A stretch of DNA of 36,571 nt from a virus (taxonomy: Duplodnaviria > Caudoviricetes). Shown here piece by piece: positions 1-8,006 of this stretch. The stretch's first letter is position 1, and every line of letters begins with the position of its first letter. The stretch covers positions 1 through 36,571 of the IMG/VR virus record IMGVR_UViG_3300046786_000671; one strand, 5' to 3'. The position numbers and the translations under genes are program-made. The notes beneath the pieces are model-generated. The model was not told the origin of the DNA, made no database searches, and was given only the letters and a program-made list of their open reading frames with translations.

Positions 1-577
1 CAGTTATGAAAGCTTGCGACTCATGGACAAAGAAACACGCAGACCGCGACACTGGAAATTTACAGGAGCGCGCAACGGCGGTTTAGTTTATGATGTTATT
101 GCTGACGAGTGCCACGCATTAAAGAACCCACAAAGCAAACAGAGTAAAGCTGTTTATGAAATAGTACAAAGCGGTGGTGTATTTATTGGCTTGAGTGGTA
201 CACCGATGCCGAACGGATGGGTAGATTTTGCAGGATATTCAAAGCTGTTTGGTTTTGTCAAAGGTATCACAGAATTTAAAAACAAATATTGTCGCTACCA
301 AGATTACAAAGGTTTTCCAGAACTGATTGGCTATAACAATATTCCAGAGCTTGAAAGCCAACTGAAGCGCGTTGCGTTTAAACTATCGCGCGAACAAGCT
401 GACGAATTACCAAGCCGAAAAATGATTGGAGTAAATATACATCAGACAGCGAAAGATGCCAAGCTATATACTGAACTGAAAATTACACGCATTGATCCGC
501 GAACTAAAGAAGTACTAGAAACAGCACCACGTTTGTTATCGGTCTTGCGTCAATCAACAGTAAATGGGCGGTTAGAT
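1..577 (+). repeat. Terminal redundancy, copy 1 (imperfect direct repeat of 35995-36571)
   Basis: Hand alignment: no indels, about 32 substitutions in 577 nt; the first ~57 nt and last ~100 nt are identical. Implies a circular unit of 35,994 bp. Confidence 0.95.
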
Positions 578-1012
578 AATTTGCTATCAGTAGTCAATGA
601 CACTTCAGATAATATTGTGATATTTTACAATTACATATCAGAGCGCAAAGCTATACTAAAAGCGCTTGAGAAGTCCGGTAAACAAATATTGCGCTACGAT
701 GGTGAAGTGCATAATATATTGCCACGCGCCAACGCTGAACTTAAAAATACAGTATTAGTTGCACACTACAAGAGCGCTAGTACCGGACTAAACTTACAAT
801 GGGCGAACGTAACAATATATTTCAGTCCAACATACAGCTACCAAGAATTTGAGCAGTCAATCGGACGAACACACCGCAACGGACAAACTAAGAAATGTTT
901 GTATTACCTGTTTAATGTAAAATCAACTGTAGATAAGAATATTTGGGATTGTTTACGAGAGAAGCGTGACTTTAATGAAAAATTATGGAAGGACCAAGAC
1001 GATGAAATGTAG
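1..1012 (+). CDS. SNF2-family helicase, C-terminal part (true start at 35765 across the junction)
   Basis: DECH motif II, LSGTP motif III, GLNLQ motif V, QSIGRTHRNGQ motif VI; reading frame continues from the window end. Confidence 0.9.
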   Translation, partial: SYESLRLMDKETRRPRHWKFTGARNGGLVYDVIADECHALKNPQSKQSKAVYEIVQSGGVFIGLSGTPMPNGWVDFAGYSKLFGFVKGITEFKNKYCRYQDYKGFPELIGYNNIPELESQLKRVAFKLSREQADELPSRKMIGVNIHQTAKDAKLYTELKITRIDPRTKEVLETAPRLLSVLRQSTVNGRLDNLLSVVNDTSDNIVIFYNYISERKAILKALEKSGKQILRYDGEVHNILPRANAELKNTVLVAHYKSASTGLNLQWANVTIYFSPTYSYQEFEQSIGRTHRNGQTKKCLYYLFNVKSTVDKNIWDCLREKRDFNEKLWKDQDDEM

Positions 1013-1193
1013 ATTATTTCATAAATGGCGATTAGATCCAATTGTTCCTTATGTTGGTTTAGATGTTTTGCTGAAGTGTAAGCGTTGTGGCAAACGAAAA
1101 ACTAAGTATCATTTTGATTATTGGAGTTTTGATAGAACAAGACAATATTACGAATTAGAAGATAGTTTTGATAAGTATGGGAGTAAACGATGA
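1002..1193 (+). CDS. Small Zn-binding protein (C-x3-H-K-W...CxxC, DUF1660-like), 63 aa
   Basis: MKCRLFHKW...KCKRCGK; ATG at 1002 preceded by AAGGA; overlaps the helicase stop. Confidence 0.65.
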   Translation: MKCRLFHKWRLDPIVPYVGLDVLLKCKRCGKRKTKYHFDYWSFDRTRQYYELEDSFDKYGSKR

Positions 1194-1318
1194 TACATAT
1201 ATTTCACAAATGGGGTGAGTGGCAACAAATAGGTCAATCACATTATTACAAACGTACTTGCACAAAATGTAAACGTCATAAAGTTAGAAGTATTGGTTTT
1301 TTAAGGATGTTTGACTGA
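1190..1318 (+). CDS. Small Zn-binding protein, 42 aa (MIHIFHKWGEW...CTKCKR), not in the ORF track
   Basis: ATGA overlap with the previous gene, GGGAG SD, same FHKW...CxxC pattern. Confidence 0.65.
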   Translation: MIHIFHKWGEWQQIGQSHYYKRTCTKCKRHKVRSIGFLRMFD

Positions 1319-1413
1319 TGAATTACATCTGTGGTTTTTACGCTGTAAACAACGATCACTGTTGGATAAATGGTCATTGTGTAGTGTGTAAAATAATTGA
1401 CAAACAACAATAA
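1318..1413 (+). CDS. Cys/His microprotein, 31 aa (MNYICGFYAVNNDHCWINGHCVVCKIIDKQQ)
   Basis: TGATG overlap, AAGGA SD, H-x-W...CxxC pattern. Confidence 0.5.
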   Translation: MNYICGFYAVNNDHCWINGHCVVCKIIDKQQ

Positions 1414-1424
1414 TTTGATAGTAT
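1397..1424 (+). promoter_or_regulatory. Sigma70-type leaderless promoter for the HNH gene
   Basis: TTGACA 1397-1402, TG-A-TAGTAT 1416-1424, ATG 6 nt downstream. Confidence 0.7.
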
Positions 1425-1430
1425 ATTTAT

Positions 1431-1865
1431 ATGCGACCAATACCTAAACATGGAACTACTGCACGATACAACTCTCCTAAACATAGTTGTAGATGTATCA
1501 GATGTAGCAAAGCTTCTGCGAAGTACCAACGTGATCGTAGGCTTAGTAAACCAGATGTAGCAGAACGAAATAGGCTAGGAGTCTTGAAAAAACAACGTGC
1601 TAATTATCAGCTAATTGTTTCTCAAAAAAAAGATGTACCATGTGCAGATTGCGGGATAGTATACCCTCATTATGTTATGCATTTTGACCATCTTGGTTTG
1701 GAGCCGAAATTATTTACTGTTTCTCAAATGCGACAAACTACTCCGAAAGCAATACTTGCAGAAATAGCAAAATGCGAGTTGGTTTGTGCTAATTGTCATG
1801 CAGTTCGTACACATGATAGATTAAATAATACTACAAAAACTATTGACAGAACGAAAAGTTTTTGA
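1431..1865 (+). CDS. HNH-type endonuclease with N-terminal Zn motif
   Basis: HGT..Y....CRC..C N-terminus; CADCG...HFDHL...KCELVCANCH. Confidence 0.75.
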   Translation: MRPIPKHGTTARYNSPKHSCRCIRCSKASAKYQRDRRLSKPDVAERNRLGVLKKQRANYQLIVSQKKDVPCADCGIVYPHYVMHFDHLGLEPKLFTVSQMRQTTPKAILAEIAKCELVCANCHAVRTHDRLNNTTKTIDRTKSF

Positions 1866-1895
1866 TAGACTAATAACACTAAGCAAAGGAACGCT
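1836..1895 (+). promoter_or_regulatory. Early promoter P2 and leader with GGAACGCT box
   Basis: AAAACTATTGACA, 17-nt spacer, TG-A-TAGACT (1863-1871), then AAGCAAAGGAACGCT-ATG; same layout as the promoter at 33769-33831. Confidence 0.75.
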
Positions 1896-1994
1896 ATGGG
1901 TAAAATCAAAGTAAAATATGTGCCAAGTTTATACAAAGCCGTTATGGGTTTTGATGGCAAGAAAATGTTTATATTGCGATGGAAGAAGCAATAA
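1896..1994 (+). CDS. Basic microprotein, 32 aa (MGKIKVKYVPSLYKAVMGFDGKKMFILRWKKQ)
   Basis: First ORF after P2, AAAGGA SD, overlaps the next start. Confidence 0.5.
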   Translation: MGKIKVKYVPSLYKAVMGFDGKKMFILRWKKQ

Positions 1995-2263
1995 TACAAA
2001 TCGGTTTAGCCGTTAAATGTAATTATGGCGATTGCGGCATAATTGGTCGCGTCAAGCCAGATAAACAATATGACGGTTGGTACAAATCTAAAATGTTGCG
2101 TATGCGCTGGAAGAAACAATGGTTTTGTCCGGATCATTACGAACAAGGAAGGGAGCTAGACAACAGATTTTACGAAAACTATAAAACACCACATCCGTAC
2201 ACTGATAAAGAGTTAGAGGATCGTGAAAAAACCGAAGAAGAACTTTACAAATTATTAGATTAG
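1979..2263 (+). CDS. Hypothetical protein, probable Zn finger
   Basis: CNYGDC...WFCPDH; operon context. Confidence 0.65.
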   Translation: MEEAIIQIGLAVKCNYGDCGIIGRVKPDKQYDGWYKSKMLRMRWKKQWFCPDHYEQGRELDNRFYENYKTPHPYTDKELEDREKTEEELYKLLD

Positions 2264-2272
2264 GAGAAGACG

Positions 2273-2662
2273 ATGACACAGAATCAAAGCACACAATTAG
2301 TTAAGAACCCACACACCAAAAAAGCACTTGCAGTTTTGCAGAAATTTGCAGAAGTTGAAGCCGGTTATAAAGCTATGGAAAAAGAAGCCAAAGCCGCCAC
2401 TGAGCTTATTAAAGAAGCGATGATTGCCGGTGGCATAAACAAGATTGATGTTGATCTTGATAACTTCACTGGTTACATCACGCTAGCCGAGCGTACCAAT
2501 TATAAAGCTGAAGACCTAGACGAAGTTGCAGACGAGTTCAAAAAGCCAACGCTTGATACTGACAAAGTAAAAGCACAAGCTACATTGACTGGTCAATTGC
2601 CAGCTGGTGTTGTTGAGTCTAAGACGCAATATATTACTAAGAAATTCAAGGCAGTAAAATAA
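2273..2662 (+). CDS. Siphovirus Gp157-like protein
   Basis: Coiled-coil N-terminus, then V.DEFKKP.LD...VK.....G..P.GV C-terminal pattern; AGGAG SD; lies upstream of Sak4/SSB. Confidence 0.55.
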   Translation: MTQNQSTQLVKNPHTKKALAVLQKFAEVEAGYKAMEKEAKAATELIKEAMIAGGINKIDVDLDNFTGYITLAERTNYKAEDLDEVADEFKKPTLDTDKVKAQATLTGQLPAGVVESKTQYITKKFKAVK

Positions 2663-2940
2663 TGCTTACCCTACAACAACTCAAAGACATGGAGCCAGAT
2701 ACAATATTTGCTACTGGCGAAACTACTGATGGTTACGATGCAGTAAATATGTATGGCAAAGGTCAAGAATTACGATGGGTAGCAACGCGTGGTGGTATTC
2801 ACGATTGGGCTATTTATGTTGCACCTAAAGATTGGACCGAAGAAATGGTTAAATCTAATGGTGACAAAGTTCACAACCGAGAGTCAGTTAAAAAGCTAGT
2901 GCCTTGCGATGATGAAGCACTAGGGATGTACCGAGACTAA
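2662..2940 (+). CDS. acb4: Acb4-like putative cyclic-nucleotide sponge (anti-CBASS)
   Basis: 92 aa with NMYG.G..L.WVA.RG..HDWAIY...GDKV....LVPCDDEAL..YR, matching my recollection of the SPO1 Acb4 family; not verified by search. Confidence 0.55.
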   Translation: MLTLQQLKDMEPDTIFATGETTDGYDAVNMYGKGQELRWVATRGGIHDWAIYVAPKDWTEEMVKSNGDKVHNRESVKKLVPCDDEALGMYRD

Positions 2941-2941
2941 T

Positions 2942-3016
2942 ATGTTTATAGATGTACTTTTTGGCTTCATCTGGAATTGGGGCAAAGAACGAATTAATAA
3001 ATGGAGAAATAAATAA
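2942..3016 (+). CDS. Amphipathic micropeptide, 24 aa (MFIDVLFGFIWNWGKERINKWRNK)
   Basis: Fills the gap exactly: starts 1 nt after the previous stop and ends in a TAATG overlap. Confidence 0.5.
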   Translation: MFIDVLFGFIWNWGKERINKWRNK

Positions 3017-3249
3017 TGGCACGACCACCTATTGAAATAGCCAGAGACTCACTTAACAAAGCTCTTGGTAAAAATAATGCTATTGCAAGTCAAGCGCATA
3101 GCCTTGATTCAATCGCCGCCAGCTTATTAGTTATTGCGCGTCATCTAGAAGCTAAAGAAGATCCACAAATTACTGAAGATCAAGTAGAGCTTATGATTCG
3201 TAGATTTTTGGATAATATTAAAGAATCTCCAAAGAAAGGTAAAAAATAA
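3016..3249 (+). CDS. Hypothetical protein
   Basis: GGAG SD, TAATG coupling at both ends. Confidence 0.7.
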   Translation: MARPPIEIARDSLNKALGKNNAIASQAHSLDSIAASLLVIARHLEAKEDPQITEDQVELMIRRFLDNIKESPKKGKK

Positions 3250-3860
3250 TGGCTAGATTAATATTTGTGCTTGGACATCCAGGCACAGGCAAGTCATCAA
3301 GCTTGCGTAATTTCAAGAAAGAAGACGTAGGTTATATTTCAGTTACCGGTAAAGAATTGCCGTTTAAAACTGAACTAAGTCCGGTAGTTGCGAAGACATC
3401 ATTAGATGTAGCAGCACTCATAAACAAGAGTAAGAAGCCTGTAATAGTGGTGGATGACGTAAATTATCTATTCACATTTCAGGTGTTTGGACGATCACAA
3501 GAAAAGGATCAATTTCAAGTATTTCGTGATATTGGTAACAACTTTTATAAGCTTGTTGAGACAGTTCTAAACAAAGACACCGATCAGAATATATATTTGT
3601 TTGGTCACATTGAATTGAACGATAGAAACTTGGTGCAATTAAAAACGGCTGGTAAAACAATACGTGATAATATTGCACCTGAAGGCTTAACCAATATAGT
3701 CCTTGAAGCAGTAAATGATTTGGGTGAGTTTGTCTTTAAAGTACGATCAGACGGTTTGGGCGTGAAGTCACCGATTGATATGTTTGAAGACAACACGATT
3801 CCTAATGATTTAAAATTAGTGAATGAAGCAATTAATAAATATTACAAAGGGGGCAAGTAA
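3249..3860 (+). CDS. Sak4-like AAA ATPase (AAA_24), ssDNA annealing/recombination
   Basis: Walker A GHPGTGKS, Walker B VIVVDD, KSP..MF...IPNDL C-terminus. Confidence 0.8.
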   Translation: MARLIFVLGHPGTGKSSSLRNFKKEDVGYISVTGKELPFKTELSPVVAKTSLDVAALINKSKKPVIVVDDVNYLFTFQVFGRSQEKDQFQVFRDIGNNFYKLVETVLNKDTDQNIYLFGHIELNDRNLVQLKTAGKTIRDNIAPEGLTNIVLEAVNDLGEFVFKVRSDGLGVKSPIDMFEDNTIPNDLKLVNEAINKYYKGGK

Positions 3861-3861
3861 G

Positions 3862-4278
3862 ATGAGTGATTTAGCTAGAACACCAGGCTACAGAGTAGCT
3901 TACAATATCAATCCACGAATTGAAGCTTTGAATAGTTTTGATAGTGATGGTAATCCTACAGGTGGTAATGTCTATCTGAAGGTTACTAAAAATGGTGATA
4001 CCGAACATCCAGCTATGGTTATCAATTGGCAGGATGGACCGCGTGGTACTGATATGCAAAATGCAGATGGTACGCCAGTACTTGCAGATCCGAACGGTGC
4101 ATTTGTTGAAGATGTAATTTGGGCTGCTATCCAGCGCCTAGAGTTCTTTAACGAAAGCAAATACCGTTGCCGCGAAAATAGCTTGGCAATCACTAAGCTA
4201 GAAGAAGCATTGTTTATATTAAAAGATCGCCAGCTATCACGCAGCGAACGTAACGTAGAAGGAAAGCATGAAGTTTAA
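3862..4278 (+). CDS. tad1: Tad1-family immune-signal sponge (anti-Thoeris/anti-CBASS)
   Basis: I.WQ.GPR...NG...ED.....RLE.F....Y.CREN..AITKLEEAL.....R...R..RNVEG matches the Tad1 C-terminal helical-hairpin signature; start reassigned to ATG 3862 (AGGGGG SD). Confidence 0.8.
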   Translation: MSDLARTPGYRVAYNINPRIEALNSFDSDGNPTGGNVYLKVTKNGDTEHPAMVINWQDGPRGTDMQNADGTPVLADPNGAFVEDVIWAAIQRLEFFNESKYRCRENSLAITKLEEALFILKDRQLSRSERNVEGKHEV

Positions 4279-4477
4279 GAATAAGACGAAGCTTAAAAAA
4301 GAGCTATCGCCTGAAGGTAAACAAGCAATATCAGTTTTGCATAATGCCGGTAAGCCAATAGATGAATTTGTTGAGTGGACAGCTTTAGACGCATTTCGTA
4401 TGCGAAAAGCTGAAGATATACCTGGTGAAGGTTTAAAAATAACAGTAGTAGAATTTCAAATTAAGGAGATAAAATAA
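4268..4477 (+). CDS. Hypothetical protein
   Basis: Overlap-coupled in the operon. Confidence 0.6.
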   Translation: MKFKNKTKLKKELSPEGKQAISVLHNAGKPIDEFVEWTALDAFRMRKAEDIPGEGLKITVVEFQIKEIK

Positions 4478-5058
4478 TGGGATTATTTGACGATGTACTA
4501 GATAAGGTTGGAGAGCCGTATAGCGGTGGTAAAGGTTTTGAATATGGCACTCACGAAGTAATTATTGGTACTGCTGAAGCAAAGCAGAAAAATACCAAAA
4601 AAGCTGATGACTGTTCAGTTATTGAAATAGTCGTGTTTGATGAAAAAGATAACGACAAAACAGCTACTTGCACGTTTTGGTTTCACACTGACGGCGCTGC
4701 TAAAATGTCGGTTACTAAAGTGCTTGGGTTATTGGTACACAAAGTTTCAGACGAAAAGAAGGACGCTGTACGCGAACTTGGTAAGAAACTATTTGGTAGT
4801 ATTACCGATCCAGTCAAGGCGCGTGATGTAGCTAACAAGCTCATAAATGATAAATTATTGGGTGCTAAAGGTTACTTAGTTGCTGAACCACAAGGCAATT
4901 ATTCAACAACTAGCTATGGTGACTTATGGCACTATCCGGCTGAACCACAGAGCGCACGTACCGATGCTGAAAAAGTAGCTAAAACTACCGGTGGTGCAGT
5001 TGCCGATGATATTGATCCAGCCGATATTCCTAAGTTTGATGGAGAGGATGATCTGTAA
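4477..5058 (+). CDS. Putative ssDNA-binding protein (DUF669-like)
   Basis: G.HEV.I..AE N-terminal pattern, acidic tail (DIPKFDGEDDL), follows the Sak4-like gene, AAGGAG SD. Confidence 0.6.
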   Translation: MGLFDDVLDKVGEPYSGGKGFEYGTHEVIIGTAEAKQKNTKKADDCSVIEIVVFDEKDNDKTATCTFWFHTDGAAKMSVTKVLGLLVHKVSDEKKDAVRELGKKLFGSITDPVKARDVANKLINDKLLGAKGYLVAEPQGNYSTTSYGDLWHYPAEPQSARTDAEKVAKTTGGAVADDIDPADIPKFDGEDDL

Positions 5059-5213
5059 TGGCAGAACGCAAACGAATTAAGAGTGAGGGGTTTGTTGGCT
5101 TACAGCTAACCCCTGACTTGCTCAAGAAATTAGACGCTAAAGTAAAAGCTACAACATTGAACCGTAGCCAGATCATACGCTTGGCACTAATCGCTTACTT
5201 AGACGAAAAATAA
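5058..5213 (+). CDS. Ribbon-helix-helix (CopG/Arc-like) regulator, 51 aa, not in the ORF track
   Basis: MAERKRIKSEGFVGLQLTPDLLKKLDAKVKATTLNRSQIIRLALIAYLDEK: beta strand, LxxLD helix, NRSQIIR.AL..YL helix; TAATG coupling. Confidence 0.8.
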   Translation: MAERKRIKSEGFVGLQLTPDLLKKLDAKVKATTLNRSQIIRLALIAYLDEK

Positions 5214-5299
5214 CAGATACTAGCGTAGGGTAAACGTTTTTGTACCACACATATAGCGTGGTGCAAATGGTTTGTCGTAGGGGTATTATAGAGGGTACA

Positions 5300-6700
5300 A
5301 TGGCAGAAAAAGACGAAATTATACTAACCAATACTGAAGAAAAAATGTCGCTCAAACAGCGTCAAGCAAAGCTAATTTCTATGAAGTATCGGATAGTACG
5401 GTTTAGGGGGGCGGTCTTATACCGCGCTGAAGAAGGATGGGAACCGCTATCATCTGATGAGTTTGCGCGTATATGCTACATCGTTCATGGTGCTGGTATA
5501 CGCCAGACTCAGATCAAGGACTTGCAACACCTATTCTTTACCAGTTCTGATGATCTGACTAAGTACGCTCACTATATTGCTATGCCGAACGGTAAAGTTT
5601 GGGATATGAAAGAGCTGAAATTCACTAGCGAAATATCTCAAGAGGATTGCGTTTACACTACTGCTATTGCACCAACTAAGGGCAAGACACATCGTAAGTG
5701 GCTTGAAGAAGTTACACTTGGTGACAAAGATCTAGCCAACGATATTATTGAAGCCATAGCGCCGGTGTTTATGTACAAAAAGCCGTTTGGTGTGTTCTGG
5801 TTCTTGGGTAGTGGTGCTAATGGTAAGTCCACCACACTAAAGGCGCTGTACGCTATATTTGGTAGTGATGCACCATTTACGCATAACCGATGGTTTAGCC
5901 AGCTAACAGTCAAGCAGATTGAAGACGAGCGCGATACGCCAATGATAAACGGCAAGCTTGCCAACATCTGTTTAGAGAGTAATGACGGTCACATCAAAGA
6001 CACCGGCGGTTATAAAAACCTTGCTGAACACAGCACGTTTAATGTTCACAAATTCAACAGTCAAGATGGTGTGTATGTTGATGGCAACGTGCATACGATT
6101 TTCAACGCTAACAATATCCCTACTTTTGCTGATAAAACTCAAGGTGTTAGACGGCGTACATTTACTATTCCGTTCAAGGCTAGTTTTGAACAGGATAACA
6201 CCTTTGACGAAAAACTATTTACTGAAAACTTTTTATCTGATCTACTTGGTGAGATACTTGAAACCACTAAGAAATTAGCTAAAAATGGCTATGCCTATAA
6301 CTTCAGCGAACAAACGATTAAAGCTAAAGAAGACTATGACGAAGAAGTAAATACCGCCGAAACCTACTTTGAAGAACTGATGCAAACTGAAGTGTGGGGC
6401 TTCACCAACTTCACTGATCTAACTAAGGACTACCAACAATGGTGTGATGATAGAAGTTACACCGCGCTTGGTAAAAAGTCAGTTGCTCATGCCGCTAAAA
6501 CCACCGGCTTTGAACGCAAGTCATTTAGACAGGGTGAAAAGCTTATTACCAGATACGTTTGTGAAAATTGGAATCCGGAAGATCTAGCTGAAATTAAGCA
6601 ACGATGGGGTATGTTCCAGAAGGCAGATAGTGAAATTGAGTTAGTAGAATCAGAGAATACACTTGACAATACTTATGATAATTTGATTAAGTTGCTGTAA
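5300..6700 (+). CDS. D5/P4-family SF3 replicative helicase (no primase domain recognised)
   Basis: Walker A GSGANGKST, GKLANI, NAN..P...DKT.G..RR...IPF; start moved to ATG 5300 after GAGGG. Confidence 0.85.
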   Translation: MAEKDEIILTNTEEKMSLKQRQAKLISMKYRIVRFRGAVLYRAEEGWEPLSSDEFARICYIVHGAGIRQTQIKDLQHLFFTSSDDLTKYAHYIAMPNGKVWDMKELKFTSEISQEDCVYTTAIAPTKGKTHRKWLEEVTLGDKDLANDIIEAIAPVFMYKKPFGVFWFLGSGANGKSTTLKALYAIFGSDAPFTHNRWFSQLTVKQIEDERDTPMINGKLANICLESNDGHIKDTGGYKNLAEHSTFNVHKFNSQDGVYVDGNVHTIFNANNIPTFADKTQGVRRRTFTIPFKASFEQDNTFDEKLFTENFLSDLLGEILETTKKLAKNGYAYNFSEQTIKAKEDYDEEVNTAETYFEELMQTEVWGFTNFTDLTKDYQQWCDDRSYTALGKKSVAHAAKTTGFERKSFRQGEKLITRYVCENWNPEDLAEIKQRWGMFQKADSEIELVESENTLDNTYDNLIKLL

Positions 6701-6816
6701 TGGCTAACTATAAACGAAAAGCAAACTATAAATCTAAACGTTCTTGTGGGCTTTGTAAGCCGCATAAGCGTATTGGTAATTCTAGGAAGTTAGAGAAAAA
6801 GAAATGTCTTCATTAA
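6700..6816 (+). CDS. Basic Cys microprotein, 38 aa (MANYKRKANYKSKRSCGLCKPHKRIGNSRKLEKKKCLH)
   Basis: TAATG coupling; CxxCKPHK motif. Confidence 0.55.
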   Translation: MANYKRKANYKSKRSCGLCKPHKRIGNSRKLEKKKCLH

Positions 6817-7538
6817 AACAACGATTTGAAGAAATGATACACATGAACTGGGGCGATTTTGTTTTGCTTGAAGCAGACAGATCAGCCAACGTTGATGATG
6901 GTGTACTGTGTTCACTAATTCGTATCTGTGCCGATACCGATGATATTGCTGCTATTAAGCTAGCGTTTGATCGTATAGATGGCTTGCAGGAAATACCGAT
7001 TGATATTAAAGTACCGAAGTTTTATGTCCGATTTGTTAAGGCTAAAGAAGCTGAACCAATGCCAAAAGAATTGCAAGCACCTGATGATATTAAAGCTGAA
7101 AAAACTGATTATGATCCGGCAACTGCTAAGTTGCGTGAAACCCTGAAAGAAATGCGTTCTATGCCACAGGATGTAATACGCGTGGTGCGTGGTTATAAGA
7201 AGAAGATTGATAAAGGGCAACCGGTCAAGCATGATCCGATGGTAAAATCCGTCATTGTTGCTAATCTGTTGCTAAACGTGCGTAAGGGGCGATTTCGTGC
7301 GATTGAACTAGTATTTGACCAGATAGACGGTAAGCTTACGCGTACCATAGCGCTACTTGGCGGCAAAGATGTTGTCGTGGACAACACCACCGAGCTTGTG
7401 GCGCCAGCCGGTTCAATATTAGGCGAAGATGGCAAATATTTGTGGGAAGATCCGATAATGAAGGCTCAATGGCTGCGTGGCTTCGCTCAAAGCCAGAAGG
7501 GGCTAGAGATTCTAGCCGAAGGGTTAGGTGATGAGTGA
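6804..7538 (+). CDS. Putative terminase small subunit-like protein with a duplicated DUF5681-like module
   Basis: Two copies of the motif: DIAAIKLAFDRIDG and RFRAIELVFDQIDG. Confidence 0.5.
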   Translation: MSSLKQRFEEMIHMNWGDFVLLEADRSANVDDGVLCSLIRICADTDDIAAIKLAFDRIDGLQEIPIDIKVPKFYVRFVKAKEAEPMPKELQAPDDIKAEKTDYDPATAKLRETLKEMRSMPQDVIRVVRGYKKKIDKGQPVKHDPMVKSVIVANLLLNVRKGRFRAIELVFDQIDGKLTRTIALLGGKDVVVDNTTELVAPAGSILGEDGKYLWEDPIMKAQWLRGFAQSQKGLEILAEGLGDE

Positions 7539-7821
7539 GGGCGAACTTCAGGCCAACATTAGAAAATACTTAAAAGGGAAGGGGTGCTATGTACTCAAGA
7601 CCAGACCGGACGCCAGAGGTAGTACTCCTACTGGTTGCCCTGATATTATATTTTTGCTTGAGGGCTTTTGGGGAGCTATTGAAGTGAAGGCGTCACCGAA
7701 GGCACCATATCAAGTATTGCAAAAAGAAACGCTTGAAAAACTTGATATTTGGTCGTGGGCTAGGCGCGTTGATCCTACCACCTGGCCAGAAGTCCGGGCA
7801 GAATTGGAAGCGATGTTATGA
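7531..7821 (+). CDS. VRR-NUC / Holliday junction resolvase-like PD-(D/E)xK nuclease
   Basis: SE..LQ..I..YL, G.PDI, IEVK, Q motif. Confidence 0.85.
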   Translation: MSEGELQANIRKYLKGKGCYVLKTRPDARGSTPTGCPDIIFLLEGFWGAIEVKASPKAPYQVLQKETLEKLDIWSWARRVDPTTWPEVRAELEAML

Positions 7822-8006
7822 GGCGTGCGTATATCCCGAAACCACATCATGTGAATCGGTGCGTATGCGGCAAAAAGAAATCTAGTCAAGCGCAAGCTAA
7901 AAGAGAGGCAAAATACTTGAAATACAATAAGAAATATCCAGATCTGATACCAATGGTTTATAAATGTAAGCAGTCCGGTTGGTGGCACGTTGGTAATTCA
8001 GCATGA
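7818..8006 (+). CDS. Small basic hypothetical protein
   Basis: CGKK...YKC...GWWHV; ATGA overlaps at both ends. Confidence 0.65.
   Translation: MRRAYIPKPHHVNRCVCGKKKSSQAQAKREAKYLKYNKKYPDLIPMVYKCKQSGWWHVGNSA

Noticed and set aside
1-577. True physical direct terminal repeats
   Set aside because: The copies differ by ~5%, almost only at synonymous sites, and fall mid-gene; this fits circular assembly of mixed alleles better.
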